Shown: positions 52,060-64,000 of the stretch, piece after piece | Position numbering within the stretch: the first letter of the stretch is position 1 | Layout: every line of letters begins with the position of its first letter | Assembly: GCF_009914755.1 (NCBI RefSeq) | Contig: NC_060942.1 | Strand: one strand, 5' to 3' | Length of the DNA: 64,000 nucleotides | Origin: the human T2T-CHM13v2.0 reference genome, Homo sapiens | Made by a program: the position numbers and the translations under genes | The notes under the pieces: model-generated | What the model was told of the DNA's origin: nothing | Database searches by the model: none | What the model saw: only the letters and a program-made list of their open reading frames with translations

Positions 52060-52382
52060 TTGTTTGTTTATTTTATTTCATTTATTTATTTATTTATTTA
52101 GAGACAGGGTCTTGCTCTGTCACCCAGGCTGGAGTAGAGTGGCGCAATCTTGGCTCACTGCAAGCTCTGCCTCCTGGGTTCAAGCGATTCTCCTGCCTCA
52201 GCCTCCTGAGTAGCTGGGATTACAGGCACCTGCCACCACGCCTGGCTAATTTTTGTATTTTTAGTAGAGACAGGGTTTCACCATGTTGGCCAGGAAGGTC
52301 TGGAACTTCTGACCTCAGGTTATCCACCTGCCTCAGCTTCCCAAAGTGCTGGGATTGCAGGCGTGAGCCACTGTGCCTGGCC
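52060..52382 (-). mobile_element. AluSx-like with (TTTA)n tail
   Basis: Full Alu, TSD actatttt. Confidence 0.95.
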
Positions 52383-54217
52383 ACTATTTTATTTCATCCA
52401 ATCAAAAATTTATCTGAAGTTTCTTCATAGTGTTTAAGTTATGGTCTGCCTATGAAAGAAAGAAAAAAGACTGGTTGGTTTCATCTTCATTAGTAGTTTC
52501 CTAAACCTAGAGAGGAATTTTAGGTTCTTGTTAGTTTTTATTAAATCCTTGGGTATTTTATTCGGTAGAAGGGAAGAAAGTAGAGAATTAAATGTTTCCT
52601 GGTTTATGGTGAATTTTTTTTTTTTTAAATCTCAATTTCCAACCTTCAAAACCAGAGTTTTCAAATGGCTTTGTAACCCTTCAGCCTAAGACAAAGATCT
52701 TTATAATTAATTTTTTCATAGGAGAAAAATGACAAAATGGAAAATATTTCTGTTAAAATCACTGTAGTACAACAAGCCATTAGCTCGTTTAGCTTTTCTA
52801 TGGAGGAAGAAGGCAGTGAATTAATTTTAGTTACAATATGGGCCTAGATTCAATTTTAAGAGGCTTACCAGGTGTATAATACCTTGAGTTCTAATGCTGA
52901 TGCAAATCTCAAAACTCAGCCCTAGGACATTGCACAGTCTAATCACCTGTCCTCTTTCCTTACAGTTCCTTTTCTACAGAGAAAATCTACAGGATGTTAG
53001 TGGTCACAAAGAGGGATTATGCAAAGGACTGTTATTTGACATTCTAATTCACATAGAGTATTTAATAAGCCAAGTATTAAGGGCATTGGCAAAATGTCTT
53101 TTGAAAACATATATATTCACACACACAGTGATTACATTCTGCTAAAATACTGGAAGAATGATGTGGTTATTTCTGTTTTTTATAAATGCTGGTTCTCATT
53201 AGGCTTTGAACAGGAAAAGTTTACAGTGTTTTACTTGTGACTATTATATAGGACTGAAATATGGAGAATTAAAAGATATGCTTTTCATTTTTCTGATATA
53301 CAGTATCTTAAAAGTTGGAAATTTAATGTTTAAGTTAATTTTTCATTTTTAGTGCTTCTGGTAGGCGTTCTTCATATGATATTTCAATGGAAGCATGGGT
53401 AGAACAGCCCATTTTACAACTACTGATCAGATGGATGAGAGAACTGCAGTGATTACTTCAGTCACTTCACTTAACTATTGCCCAAGTGAACTTCAGGGAC
53501 CTACTGGCCTTCTAAGCTGCTTGTTGACTGACACAAACATTTAGAAGTTATTTATGGTGGGCCTGCTCTTGTACTAAACACTATGCTAGGTGCTGAGCCA
53601 CAAGAAGGACAAAGGAGATACCATGCTTACATTCATTAAGCTTGGAGTGGACAGATACTAAGCAAATAACTACGGCACATAACGCACACACATGTTTGCC
53701 AAGTGCTTTAAAGGAAGGGCATGGGATGCTGTGGGAGTTATAAACAGGGGTCTCCAGTGCGGAGAATGGATTGGGGGAGGTAGGTTGGAGAATGAGCAGT
53801 TGGGAAGTCTGGAAATGAAGGCTAAATGTGTTGTGCCAGGGGTTTTGGGATATAGAACTCTTCTAGGGCATTTGTATTTTAAAAGTGAAACTATTGGACC
53901 AAATTGAATCTCCAAATGAAACGGCAGAGGGCAAGGAGATATTCTGGGATTGGATAGCCTTCTCAATGCCCTTGCCTACAGCTCCCTGGCTTACCCCACT
54001 CTAGGCCACCTGAATAACATTGCATCCTACTTTCTTAAAAGTCATCCATGTCTGTCCTAGAAACAGATTTCTTAACCATTTTTGTATCCTCCATGTAGAT
54101 GAATGCTTCAGATCTATTCTCAGTTTTAAACTCAATTCTTAGCAAGCACTTGAAGTGGGCACCTTGGACTTCCATAAAGTCAGGTTTCTTCCTTTTGTTT
54201 GGTGAAGACTCTTTTTA

Positions 54218-54985
<768 letters not shown>

Positions 54986-56061
54986 CTTTCGTGTTTAAGC
55001 AACAATATACCTAAATGATTTTCATCTATGCATAAAGAGTAAATTGTTAACAGAAAATATTGTGGTAAAAGAGATTCAGGAAACCTGCTTGCAACACTCA
55101 CTAGATCTTATATTTGATGTGTGATTTTCATGGAGGGATGTCCCTGTTTGGGCATCTGTTCCCTCGCCTGTGAAAGCAGAATTGAGCTCCATCTCCACGG
55201 TCTGTGCATAATCCTAACCACCACTCAGGAAGTAATCCTAGGATTATAGCAAATTAAGGGTTGGATTAATACGGATGCCATATAATGTCTTTATTAACTG
55301 GGCTGTCCTGGGTATTTAAATTACCTCATGAACATATGAGTTTTTTTCTTTTTCCTTAATATTCTCATCCTGGGAGAGAAGGGAAAATTAAGGTCAGCAA
55401 CTTTCCAAAGGAATTTAGAAGTGAAAAAAAAAAGGAATCTTTTTCTATGTGCAAACCTATGAAAAGAATGTTAAGTGCTGTCCTTAGCTTCTCCTTGTGA
55501 AGTGACACATGCTTAAGAGGGTCTGTCTAATAGTAAAGCAATTTTCATTGGAATGTAAGTGGAATCCTTCATCTCTGTCAAATGTAATTTAGAGAAATGG
55601 CTACAAAAGACCTCAATTTAAAACATGTTAGAGTCCTAGTTGTAGACCTGGCTAAGATCTTCATAACCTAAGAATGGTGTTCGATAAATGCCTTAGCATT
55701 TGAATGACTGTGAAACCTACACCCAACCTCTCTGGTGACCCAGAATATTAGATCCCCATTCTGTCTTGCATGCCATGAATGAAATGGAGAGAGACCCATC
55801 TTTCCATGTGGCCTTAAAAACTCGTATTTTTTTTTCTTATAGGTTCGTTTAGGGTTTATCCTATAAGGATGGTCCATATGCTTATTTACTAAGAATCTAA
55901 TATGACAGGGCCCTATCAGCAGCCCTCTCCAAATATACACAGAGAAAAGATATCCTTCAAAATAAAATAGTCTGGTGGTTTAAATTGTCTCGTGCAAAGA
56001 CACGAAATGTTGAGGAAGCCAGTTATTGGGTTTATATGCTAACCTTCAATTTATGGAAAGT

Positions 56062-56239
56062 TTAGGTTCACCAGATGAGATAGCAAAAACCCAGTTTGAG
56101 CATCAGATAAATAAGAAATACCTTTTTTTAGTATAAGTGTGTCCCAAATATTGCATAGGGCATACTTACAAAGTATTTATTTATCCGAAATCCAAATTTC
56201 AGGCATCTTGTGTTTTTACTTGGTAAATCCAGCAGCCCT
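56062..56239. mobile_element. MER53 palindromic MITE
   Basis: tttttagtataagtgtgtcccaaatattgcatagggcatactta centre; ends tagg...cccta. Confidence 0.85.
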
Positions 56240-57499
56240 AACTAGATTGTGTGAAAAACATTGTAGATGTATTCAGTTTCAAAGATATCCGAACTCTCAA
56301 GAGAAAGGATTTATTATCTAAGAGGATCTCACAAACATGTGTGCTCATTCAAATCATGCTTTACTGATGGAGACCCAGAACAGTAACAGGCAAGACTTCT
56401 ATATGGATTTGAAAATGAAGACTTTTTTAATGGCTGGAAATCACAGTGCAATGGATAAAAATCAATATGACCCCAGCACTAAAATTTATCTGGAGTTAAG
56501 TGCAATAAAACCCAGGTAGCAGACTTGAAATAATTGTACTATATTCTCTTTTTCAAATTTTTATAAAAATCTTTATTTATGGAGTATTTGTCAACATGAC
56601 TGCTGAAGAGAGATGTTTCTATTCTATTAGCCCAGATTCATACAGTGAACTAGAAAGGGGATAAAATCATTTTTAATGGAGAAGATGGTTTTATGAGATG
56701 TAAAAGTTTGTGGCAAATGGAAGAGTTGGGGGACAAATAGCATTTTTACCAATAATTGAAAGACGCTCAAAACCACCTGAATAGGTGCCTCATGAGCAGT
56801 TTGTTGTTGTAGAAAGAACTTGCAATATTTGGCTGTGTCCATGGACCAAGGTCCAACATTCCCCTCCACCTGTTTACAAGTCAACTCTTAAAAACTTGAA
56901 CAATCATACCAAGCCAATGATGCATTCAATAGCCACAAGACGGTCCATTAGTAATTGGTGATGAGCCAGGACTCTACCAGACAATGTGAGATCTCCTGAG
57001 CCAAAAAATACAATTAAACCAAAAAGAGACTCTTTCAACTGCCCAGGGCTGCATTACTGGAAAACTGCAGGCTCCCAAGCGTCACAGGGAAGGAAGGGCC
57101 CTGTTCTTTCTGAATGCCAACTCTCCAGATGGTGCAGTGCTGATGGGGACAAGGGCTTAATCTTTAAATGTTTATTGGTCAGTTATTTCCAAGAGAAAAT
57201 CTAGTGTATATTTCCAGCAGAAAAACTCTAATTCATTTCCCCCATCTCATAAATGAAATGAGAGGTTGAAGAAGACTGACCCCGTAATAAATACTTCACT
57301 GGGTAGCCATTGTCCTCTGGTAGAAATAAAGCTATTGCCCCTGTCTAGATCTGCTTTCTATTTGGAAATAATATAATGAATGAATAAAATAATGAATCCC
57401 TTTCTCTTGGGAGTTCTGAAAAGGTTTTATGTATCTCTTCTGGAAGGGTGAGGAAAGGGAGATGATGTCCATTGTCCTTCTCAAGATCTAAAAAGGGAG

Positions 57500-58130
57500 C
57501 AAGTGCTCCCTCAGTTTCCCTCCCATGCCTTTGATGAGAAAATACAATTGGTTGATCAAGTCAAACACCCTGCTGTCATCCTCAACTCCTCCTTCACTCC
57601 TAAACCTCTCATTCAATCAGTCTCCACATCATCGGATTCTCTCTCCGAGATTCTCCCAGATACACCTATTTCTCCCCACCTTGCCATTGCCTGCCATGAG
57701 GTCTTTTACTCCTGCATGGCCTGCCTTCAGCCATCTCCTCATTGGTCTCCTTCCCCTTAACTGCCCACCAACTTTGTGTACTTTGCACTAGATCGTTACT
57801 AAAATTGTATTTCTAAAATGGAGACTGGATCAATAGACCCATTTTATTCATGATGGGTTCAAATTACTTAGCCTGATTATAGAGCCCTTGCTTAACCTTT
57901 GCAGCATATTCACCAACAATACTCTCATCCCTGAATGCTATGTTTCTGGTATTCTACGCATGTTCCCTCATGTAAGGTCTTCCATGCACAAACCTCCCAG
58001 CGCTCTGAACCCATTCTTCAACACTCAAACCAACCACAGAACTCCTGGCCACGTGCAGCTGCAACTCTCTATATAGTGACCTTGCATCTCTCTTATGACT
58101 CTTGGATTATGTTAAAACTATTTGTACCAC
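57500..58130 (+). mobile_element. L2 fragment
   Basis: tcaagtcaaacaccctgctgtcatcctcaactcctcc...attcaatcagtc. Confidence 0.6.
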
Positions 58131-59589
58131 ACTATTCATCATGGGCCTTCTGAAAGGGTTTGCCATGATCAACCAATGAACCCTAATTGTTTCTTATATG
58201 CTATCTCTTAAATGTCAGCTTGGCAATAAGAAACGTAGAAAGGACATTTTATGTATGCCTACTTAATTCTCATCTGCCTTCTCACCTTCTCTCCAAGCCC
58301 TTCCCCAGGCCTCTCCCTCACCTCCAGAATAAAAATGTGAGCAAGAATGCCTTGCAGATTCTGTTAGGAGTGGCTTTACCACCTCAACACCTCTCACCCC
58401 TGCCTCATGCACCAATTAACATCCCCATTACCAGAGTGTGCAATCTGAGAATTGGGATCTGAGTTGGACAGGGGCAAGGCATCCTTTGCCTGGGGGGAGT
58501 ATGTGGCCAAACTCTGTTAAGCATCACTGTTGGGGTGAGCAGGAAGGAAAAATGCCTATACAAGCCAATGTTATGGAAACTAAGGGAAATCAGTAGTCTA
58601 AAGCTATGGGTGGGAGGAAGCTGGAGAGATTGGTAGTTACTACTGCTTTTGAGAACTGTGGAGGCTCAGGCACTGTTAGTGTAGGAACTATTACTGATGG
58701 TAACTTGGGCTGGATACCTTTGAGGGTAACCCATTAGGCTGGCATACATGATTTTCTGCCTCCATCTCAGTCATTGTCATGAATTTTATCTGTACTTTAT
58801 TGCAGTCAGGGCTTCCTCTAGGGAAGGTCCAGATTCCACTTACTCTTGTGAAATAAAAACAAGACCTTAAGTTACTCTTCTGCAAATTCTGCATATTCTC
58901 TTAAAAACATGACCTAATGAAAAATAAGATGATATATCTTTCAGTATTGGGCCACCTGTTCTCTGAAGTTTAGAATGGAATGTAAAAGATGCTCACTGCA
59001 ATATCATGCTGCAGATAAAAAGAAAAAAGCTGCAACACATCTTTATGAGTTTTTCCAGGGAACCAAGCTTAATAGTATGTTTTATGCAGCATTTTTAATG
59101 CTAAATTAACTACCTCATTTGTAGGAGCTGGAGCTTTTAAACACAGACAGGGAGGCCCCATTTCTCTGTGTAACCTAGTCCTGGAGGACCAGTAATGCAC
59201 TCTGCACCCTGAATCCCCTGTGCAGGGAAGGAGCCGCTCTTGACAAATTTCTTGCCTAGCTCAGGGCTACAGGTAAGTCTGGGAAAACAGGAAGATAATG
59301 GATGAGCCAGATTCCACAGCAGAATCTGCCAAGTACACCTTAGCCGCCCCGGGATCAACCTGTTAGTTCCTTGAAAACTTCATCACATGGGTGAGCCTTT
59401 CCAATGACCATTGGCTTTGTGATATGTGCGATGCCCTCATATCTTGTGAAATCTGGAAGACAGATCTGTGACTCTAACTACTCCATATGGCTGTGTGTGG
59501 ATTTGGCCTTGTCTAGTTTAAGGAAAAGTGGATTCCATGAATGGAGAGCAGGTTATCCAACTTAAAACAAATTCATTCAAAATTTTTTA

Positions 59590-62228
59590 CAGACATACCT
59601 CAGAAATATCGCACATTCAGTTCCGGAGCACTGCAATAAAGCAAGTAACATGAAATTTTTGGTTTCCTAGTGCATATAAAAGTGATATTTACACTATATT
59701 GTAGTCCATCAAATGTACGATAGCATTATGTCTGAAAAACAATGTACATGCCTTAATTGAAAAACAATTTATTGCTAAAAAATGCTAATGATCATCTGAG
59801 CCTTCAGTGAGTCCTAATCTTTTTTTCTGGTGGAGGGTCTGGCCTCCCTGTTGATGGCTGATCAGGATGGTGGTTACTGAAGGCTGGGGTGCCAAGGCAA
59901 CTTTTAAAAATAAGATACTGAAGTTTGGCACCTTGATTGACTCTTCCTTTCACCAAAGATTCTCTGTAGCATGCAATGCTGTCTGATAGCATTTTACCCA
60001 TAGTACAACTTATTTCAAAATTGGAGTCAGTCCTCTCAAACTCTGACACTGTTTTATCTACTAAGTTTAGAAATATTCTAAACCCTTTGATGTCATTTCA
60101 ACAATGTTCACAGCATCTTCACCAAGAGTGGATTCCAGCCACTTTCTTTGCTCATCCTTAAGATGTAACTCCTCATCAGTTAAAATTTTATCATGAAACT
60201 ACAAAAATTCAGTCACATCTCCAAGCTCTATTTCTATTTCCAGTTCTCTTGCTATTTCTTCCACATCTGTGTTACTTCCTCCTCTGAAGTCTTGAACCCT
60301 TCAAACTTATCTGTGAGAGTTGGGATCAACTTCTTCCAAATTCCTGTAAATCCTCATATTTTGACCTCCTCCCGTGAAGCACGGATGTTCTTAATAGCAT
60401 CTACAATGGTAAATGCTTTCCAGAAGGTTTTCAGTTTACCTTGTCCAGATTCATCAGAAGAATCACTATGGCAGCAGTAACTTTATGAAATGTATTTCTT
60501 AAATAATAAGGCTTGAAAGTTGAAATTACTCCTTGACCCATGGGCTACAGAATGAATATTGTGTTAGCAGACATGAAAACAACATTCATATCTTTGTACA
60601 TCTCCACCACAGATCTTGGGTGACCAGATATATTGTCCATGAGCAGTAATATTTTGAAAAGAATCTTTTTTTTCTGAGAAGTAGGTCCCAAGCATGGGCT
60701 TAAAATATTCAGCACACCATGCTGTAAACAGATGTGCTTTCATCCAGGCCTTGTTGTTCCATTTCTAGATCACAGGCAAGTAGATTTAGCATCATTCTTA
60801 AGGGTCCTGGCATTTTCAGAATGGTAAATGAGCACTGGCTCCAAAGTCCCCCAGCTGTGTCATCCCCTAACGAGAGAGCCAGCCTGTCCTTTGAAGCTTT
60901 GAAGCCAGGCATTGCCTTCTCTCTAGTTATGACAGGCCAGATGGCACATTCTTCCAATAGAAACTGTTATATTTCCACAGAAAATCTGTCATTGAGTGTA
61001 GCTACCTTCATCAGTGATCTTCTGGATAACTTGCTGCAGCTTCTACATTAGCACATTGACTTCACCTTACACTTTTACGTTATGGAGGTGGCTCTTTTCT
61101 TTTCTTTTTTTTTTCCTTTTTTGAGATGGAGTCTCTCTCTGTCACCCAGCCTGGAGTATAGTGGCGTGATCTCGGCTCACTGCAACCTTCGCCTCCCAGG
61201 TTCAAGCGATTCTTCTGCCTCAGCCTCTGAGCAGCTGGGACTACAGGCGCCCACCACCACACCTGGCTAATTTTTTATATTTTTAGTAGAGATGGGGTTT
61301 CACCATGTTAGCCAGGATGGTCTTGATCTCCTGACCTTGTGATCCACCCACCTCAGCCTCTCAAAGTGCCGGGATTACAGGCATGAGCCACTGCACCAGG
61401 CCGGCTTTTTTCTTTAAATCTCATAAGCCAACCTCTGTTAACTTCCAATTTTATTTTGCAGCTTCCTCACCTCCTGTAGCCTTCACAGACTTTAAGAGTT
61501 AGGGCCTTGCTCTGGATTAGGTTTTGGCTGAAGGGAATGTTGTGGCTGTTTTGATCTTCCATCTAGACCACTCATACTTTCTGCATATTGGCAGTAAGTC
61601 TGTTTTGCTTTCTCATCATTCGTGTGTCCTGAAGTAGCACTTTTAATTTCCTTCCTTTTCCTTTGCTTTCACAACCTGACTACCTGTTTGGCACACAATG
61701 CCTAGCTTCTTCAGCTTTCGACATACCTTCTTAACTAAACTTAGTCATTTCTAGTTTTTGATTGAAGTTGTGAGAAGTATGACTCTTTCTTCCACGTGAA
61801 CACTTGGAGACCATTGTAGAGTTGTTAATTGGCCTGCTTTCAATGATGTTATGTCTCAGAGAAGAGGGAGACCCTAGAGGGAGAGAGATAGGGAAACAGC
61901 TGGTAAGTGGAGTAGTCAGGACACACATGACATCTATCAATTAAGTTTCCTATCTGTTATGGGCATGGCTCGTGGTGTCGCAAAACAATTACAGTTGTAA
62001 CACCAAAGATCACTGATCACAGATCTCCATAACAGGTGTAATAATAATGAAAACATTTGAAATATTTCAGGAATAACCAAAATGTGACACAGAGACCTGA
62101 AGTGAGCACAGGCTGTTGGACAAATGGTGCTCAGGCTTGCTCCATGTAGGGTTGCCACAAACCTTCAACATGTGCATTATCTGGAAAGTACAATAAGGCA
62201 AAGCACAATAAAACACATGGTATGCTTG
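59590..62228 (-). mobile_element. Near full-length Tigger1 (decayed pogo-like transposase), interrupted by an Alu
   Basis: Both TIRs with TA TSDs (59588-59589, 62229-62230); ORF remnants EKAMPGFKASKDRL and FERTDSNFE...GKMLSDSIACYRE. Confidence 0.95.
61095..61402 (-). mobile_element. AluSc-like inside Tigger1
   Basis: gttagccaggatggtcttgatctcctgaccttgtgatcc; TSD ggct(c/t)ttttcttt. Confidence 0.93.
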
Positions 62229-62354
62229 TATCCCCAAATCCTAGTGGGAATGACCCTGAGTGGCACTTCCAAAATGTCCTAAAAGTGTGGTTTTCAGACT
62301 AGGCTTCAAGAAGTCCTTCGGATTTCCGAGCCTTCACAGGTCTCATTGCACAAT

Positions 62355-63105
62355 ATGCATGTATGTATATGTGTCCCCATGTGAATGTGTGCATGTGTGT
62401 GTTCATGTGTGTGCACATGTGCATGTGTTTGTGTGTGTTCACATGTGTATGTGTACCCACATGTATATGTGTGCAGGTGTAATGTGTGTGTAGGTGTGTA
62501 TTGAAAATGTGTATGTGAGTGCAGGTGTGTATGTGTGTACACTTGTGTGTGTGCAAGTGTGAATTGCAGGTGTCCATGTGAGTGCAGGTGTGCATATGGG
62601 TACAGGTGTCTGTGTGCAGGTGTGTATTGCAGGTGTGTGTGTGAGGTGCAGGTGTGTACATGTATACAGTTGTGTATGTGTGCAGGTGTGTATTGCAGGT
62701 GTGTGTGTGAGGTGCAGGTGTGTACATGTATACAGTTGTGTATGTGTGCAGGTGTGTATTGTAAGTGTGTGTGAATGCAGGTGTGCATATGTGTTAATGC
62801 ATGTATGAGTGTAGGTGGGCATATGTATACAGGTGTATGTGTGAGTGTAGGTGGGCATATGTATACAAGAGTGTGTCTATACAGCTGTGTGTGTGAGTTC
62901 AGGTGTGCATATGTGTATAGGTGTGTGTGTGTGAGTGCAGTTGTGCATATGTGTATAGGTATGTGTGTGAGTGTAGGTGGGCATATGTACACAGGAGTGT
63001 GTCTATACAGCTGTGTGTGTGAGTGCAGGTGTGCATATGTGTATAGCTGTGTGCGTGAGTGCAGGTGTGCATTTGTGTATAGGTGTGTGTGTTTGCAGGT
63101 ATGCA
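62355..63105. repeat. Complex TG-rich minisatellite/VNTR
   Basis: Repeated gtgcaggtgtg / catatgtg units; exact 66-bp unit x2.3 at 62611-62761. Confidence 0.95.
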
Positions 63106-63527
63106 TACTGTGGTTGAGGGGAGAACAGGAAGAGAAGGAAGCTGACAACTTGTCACTCACTGCATTAGTCAGAGCAGTTATTTTTAATCACTTTACATAT
63201 GTATTTGAAATGTGCAATTTTGTTTTAATTAAGGGCTCTAGTGCTTAAAGGAAGGAAGAAAGTACAGGAAAGAGAAAAGAAGTTTGGACAGAAAGATGAG
63301 AGGAAATGAGAGAAGGAGGAAGGGAACAAAAATAGAAGAGAGAAAAAAATCATCTTAAAGGGAAAAGAGGAAAGGGTTTTATCTCACATTCTACTCTCAG
63401 ATGAACTGCCAGAATTCACCCCTCTGAGTTTGGCACAGTAATGTCTCCTGGGGTGGGGAGAGAGGAAATGACCTCAGCCCAGAGTCCCCGAGTGCGTGTA
63501 TCCAAATTATCATCCAAAGAACATGGA

Positions 63528-63808
63528 GGGCTGGATGCAGTGGCTCACACCTATAATCCCAACACTTTGGGAGGCCAAGGCTAGAGGGTCACTTGAGCCC
63601 AGGAGTTCAGGACCAGCCTTGGAAACACAGTGAGACATTGTCTCTACTAAAAATGAAAAAACAAATTAGCTGGGTGTGGTGATGTGAGCCTGTAGCCCCA
63701 GACGCTCAGGAGGCTGAGGTAAAAGGAGTTCAAGTTTGCAGTGAGCCATAACTGTGCCACCACACTGTAGCCTGGGTGACAGAGCAAGACATTGTGTCAA
63801 AACAAAAA
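63528..63808 (+). mobile_element. AluJ
   Basis: cacttgagcccaggagttc; internal deletion in the right arm. Confidence 0.9.
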
Positions 63809-64000
63809 ATGGAGATGTTTGCAAGGTGCATGGAACTGGGCTCTGGAGTGGGAGAAGGAATCATCTGTCAGTAGAGCTTCTGGCTTTCTCAGAGGAGTGG
63901 GTGTGAATCCCCCTGTGGCGTGTCCTGGAGCCCTCACTCCCATCTCATGCAGCTGTCCCATGACAGGCTGATCGCTGTCCCCCCTAGGAAGAGGCTAGGA

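Noticed and set aside
59804-60957. Transposase ORF pieces as a domesticated TIGD-like gene
   Set aside because: Broken by stops, frameshifts and an Alu insertion; a dead Tigger1
62611-62761. CRISPR-like regular repeats
   Set aside because: Head-to-tail tandem units without unique spacers, no cas genes, mammalian context
62260-63248. His/Thr- and Cys/Val-rich ORFs up to 284 aa
   Set aside because: Translations of the TG/CA minisatellite

Overview
Primate (human-like) genomic DNA, not prokaryotic: AluJ/S/Y, L1M, L2, MIR, MaLR LTRs, Tigger1, Charlie1, MER5, MER53 and MADE1 are present, and CpG is depleted genome-wide. The centre is a ~2.7 kb CpG island (~22.3-25.0 kb) with minus-strand splice donors at 24544 and 23898. 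This points to a minus-strand gene with alternative, apparently non-coding first exons. Positions 1-22 kb would be its 5' introns, with several candidate short UTR exons, and 25-64 kb upstream repeat-rich DNA. I recognise no protein-coding exon and cannot name the gene. The ORF track is explained by GC-rich island sequence, Alu/L1/Tigger remnants and simple repeats. The best second-look items are a perfect FXR-type IR1 and an LXR/TR-type DR4, several inverted repeats with 34-44 nt spacers (one building C/EBP-type sites), YCAY clusters before candidate 3' splice sites, an E-box-dense VNTR, a twin-primed L1, a partly Ya5-like AluY and a possible 5S relic. No novel multi-gene system is supportable from sequence alone. 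Repeat families were recognised from recalled consensus sequences, and coordinates are approximate unless TSDs are given.
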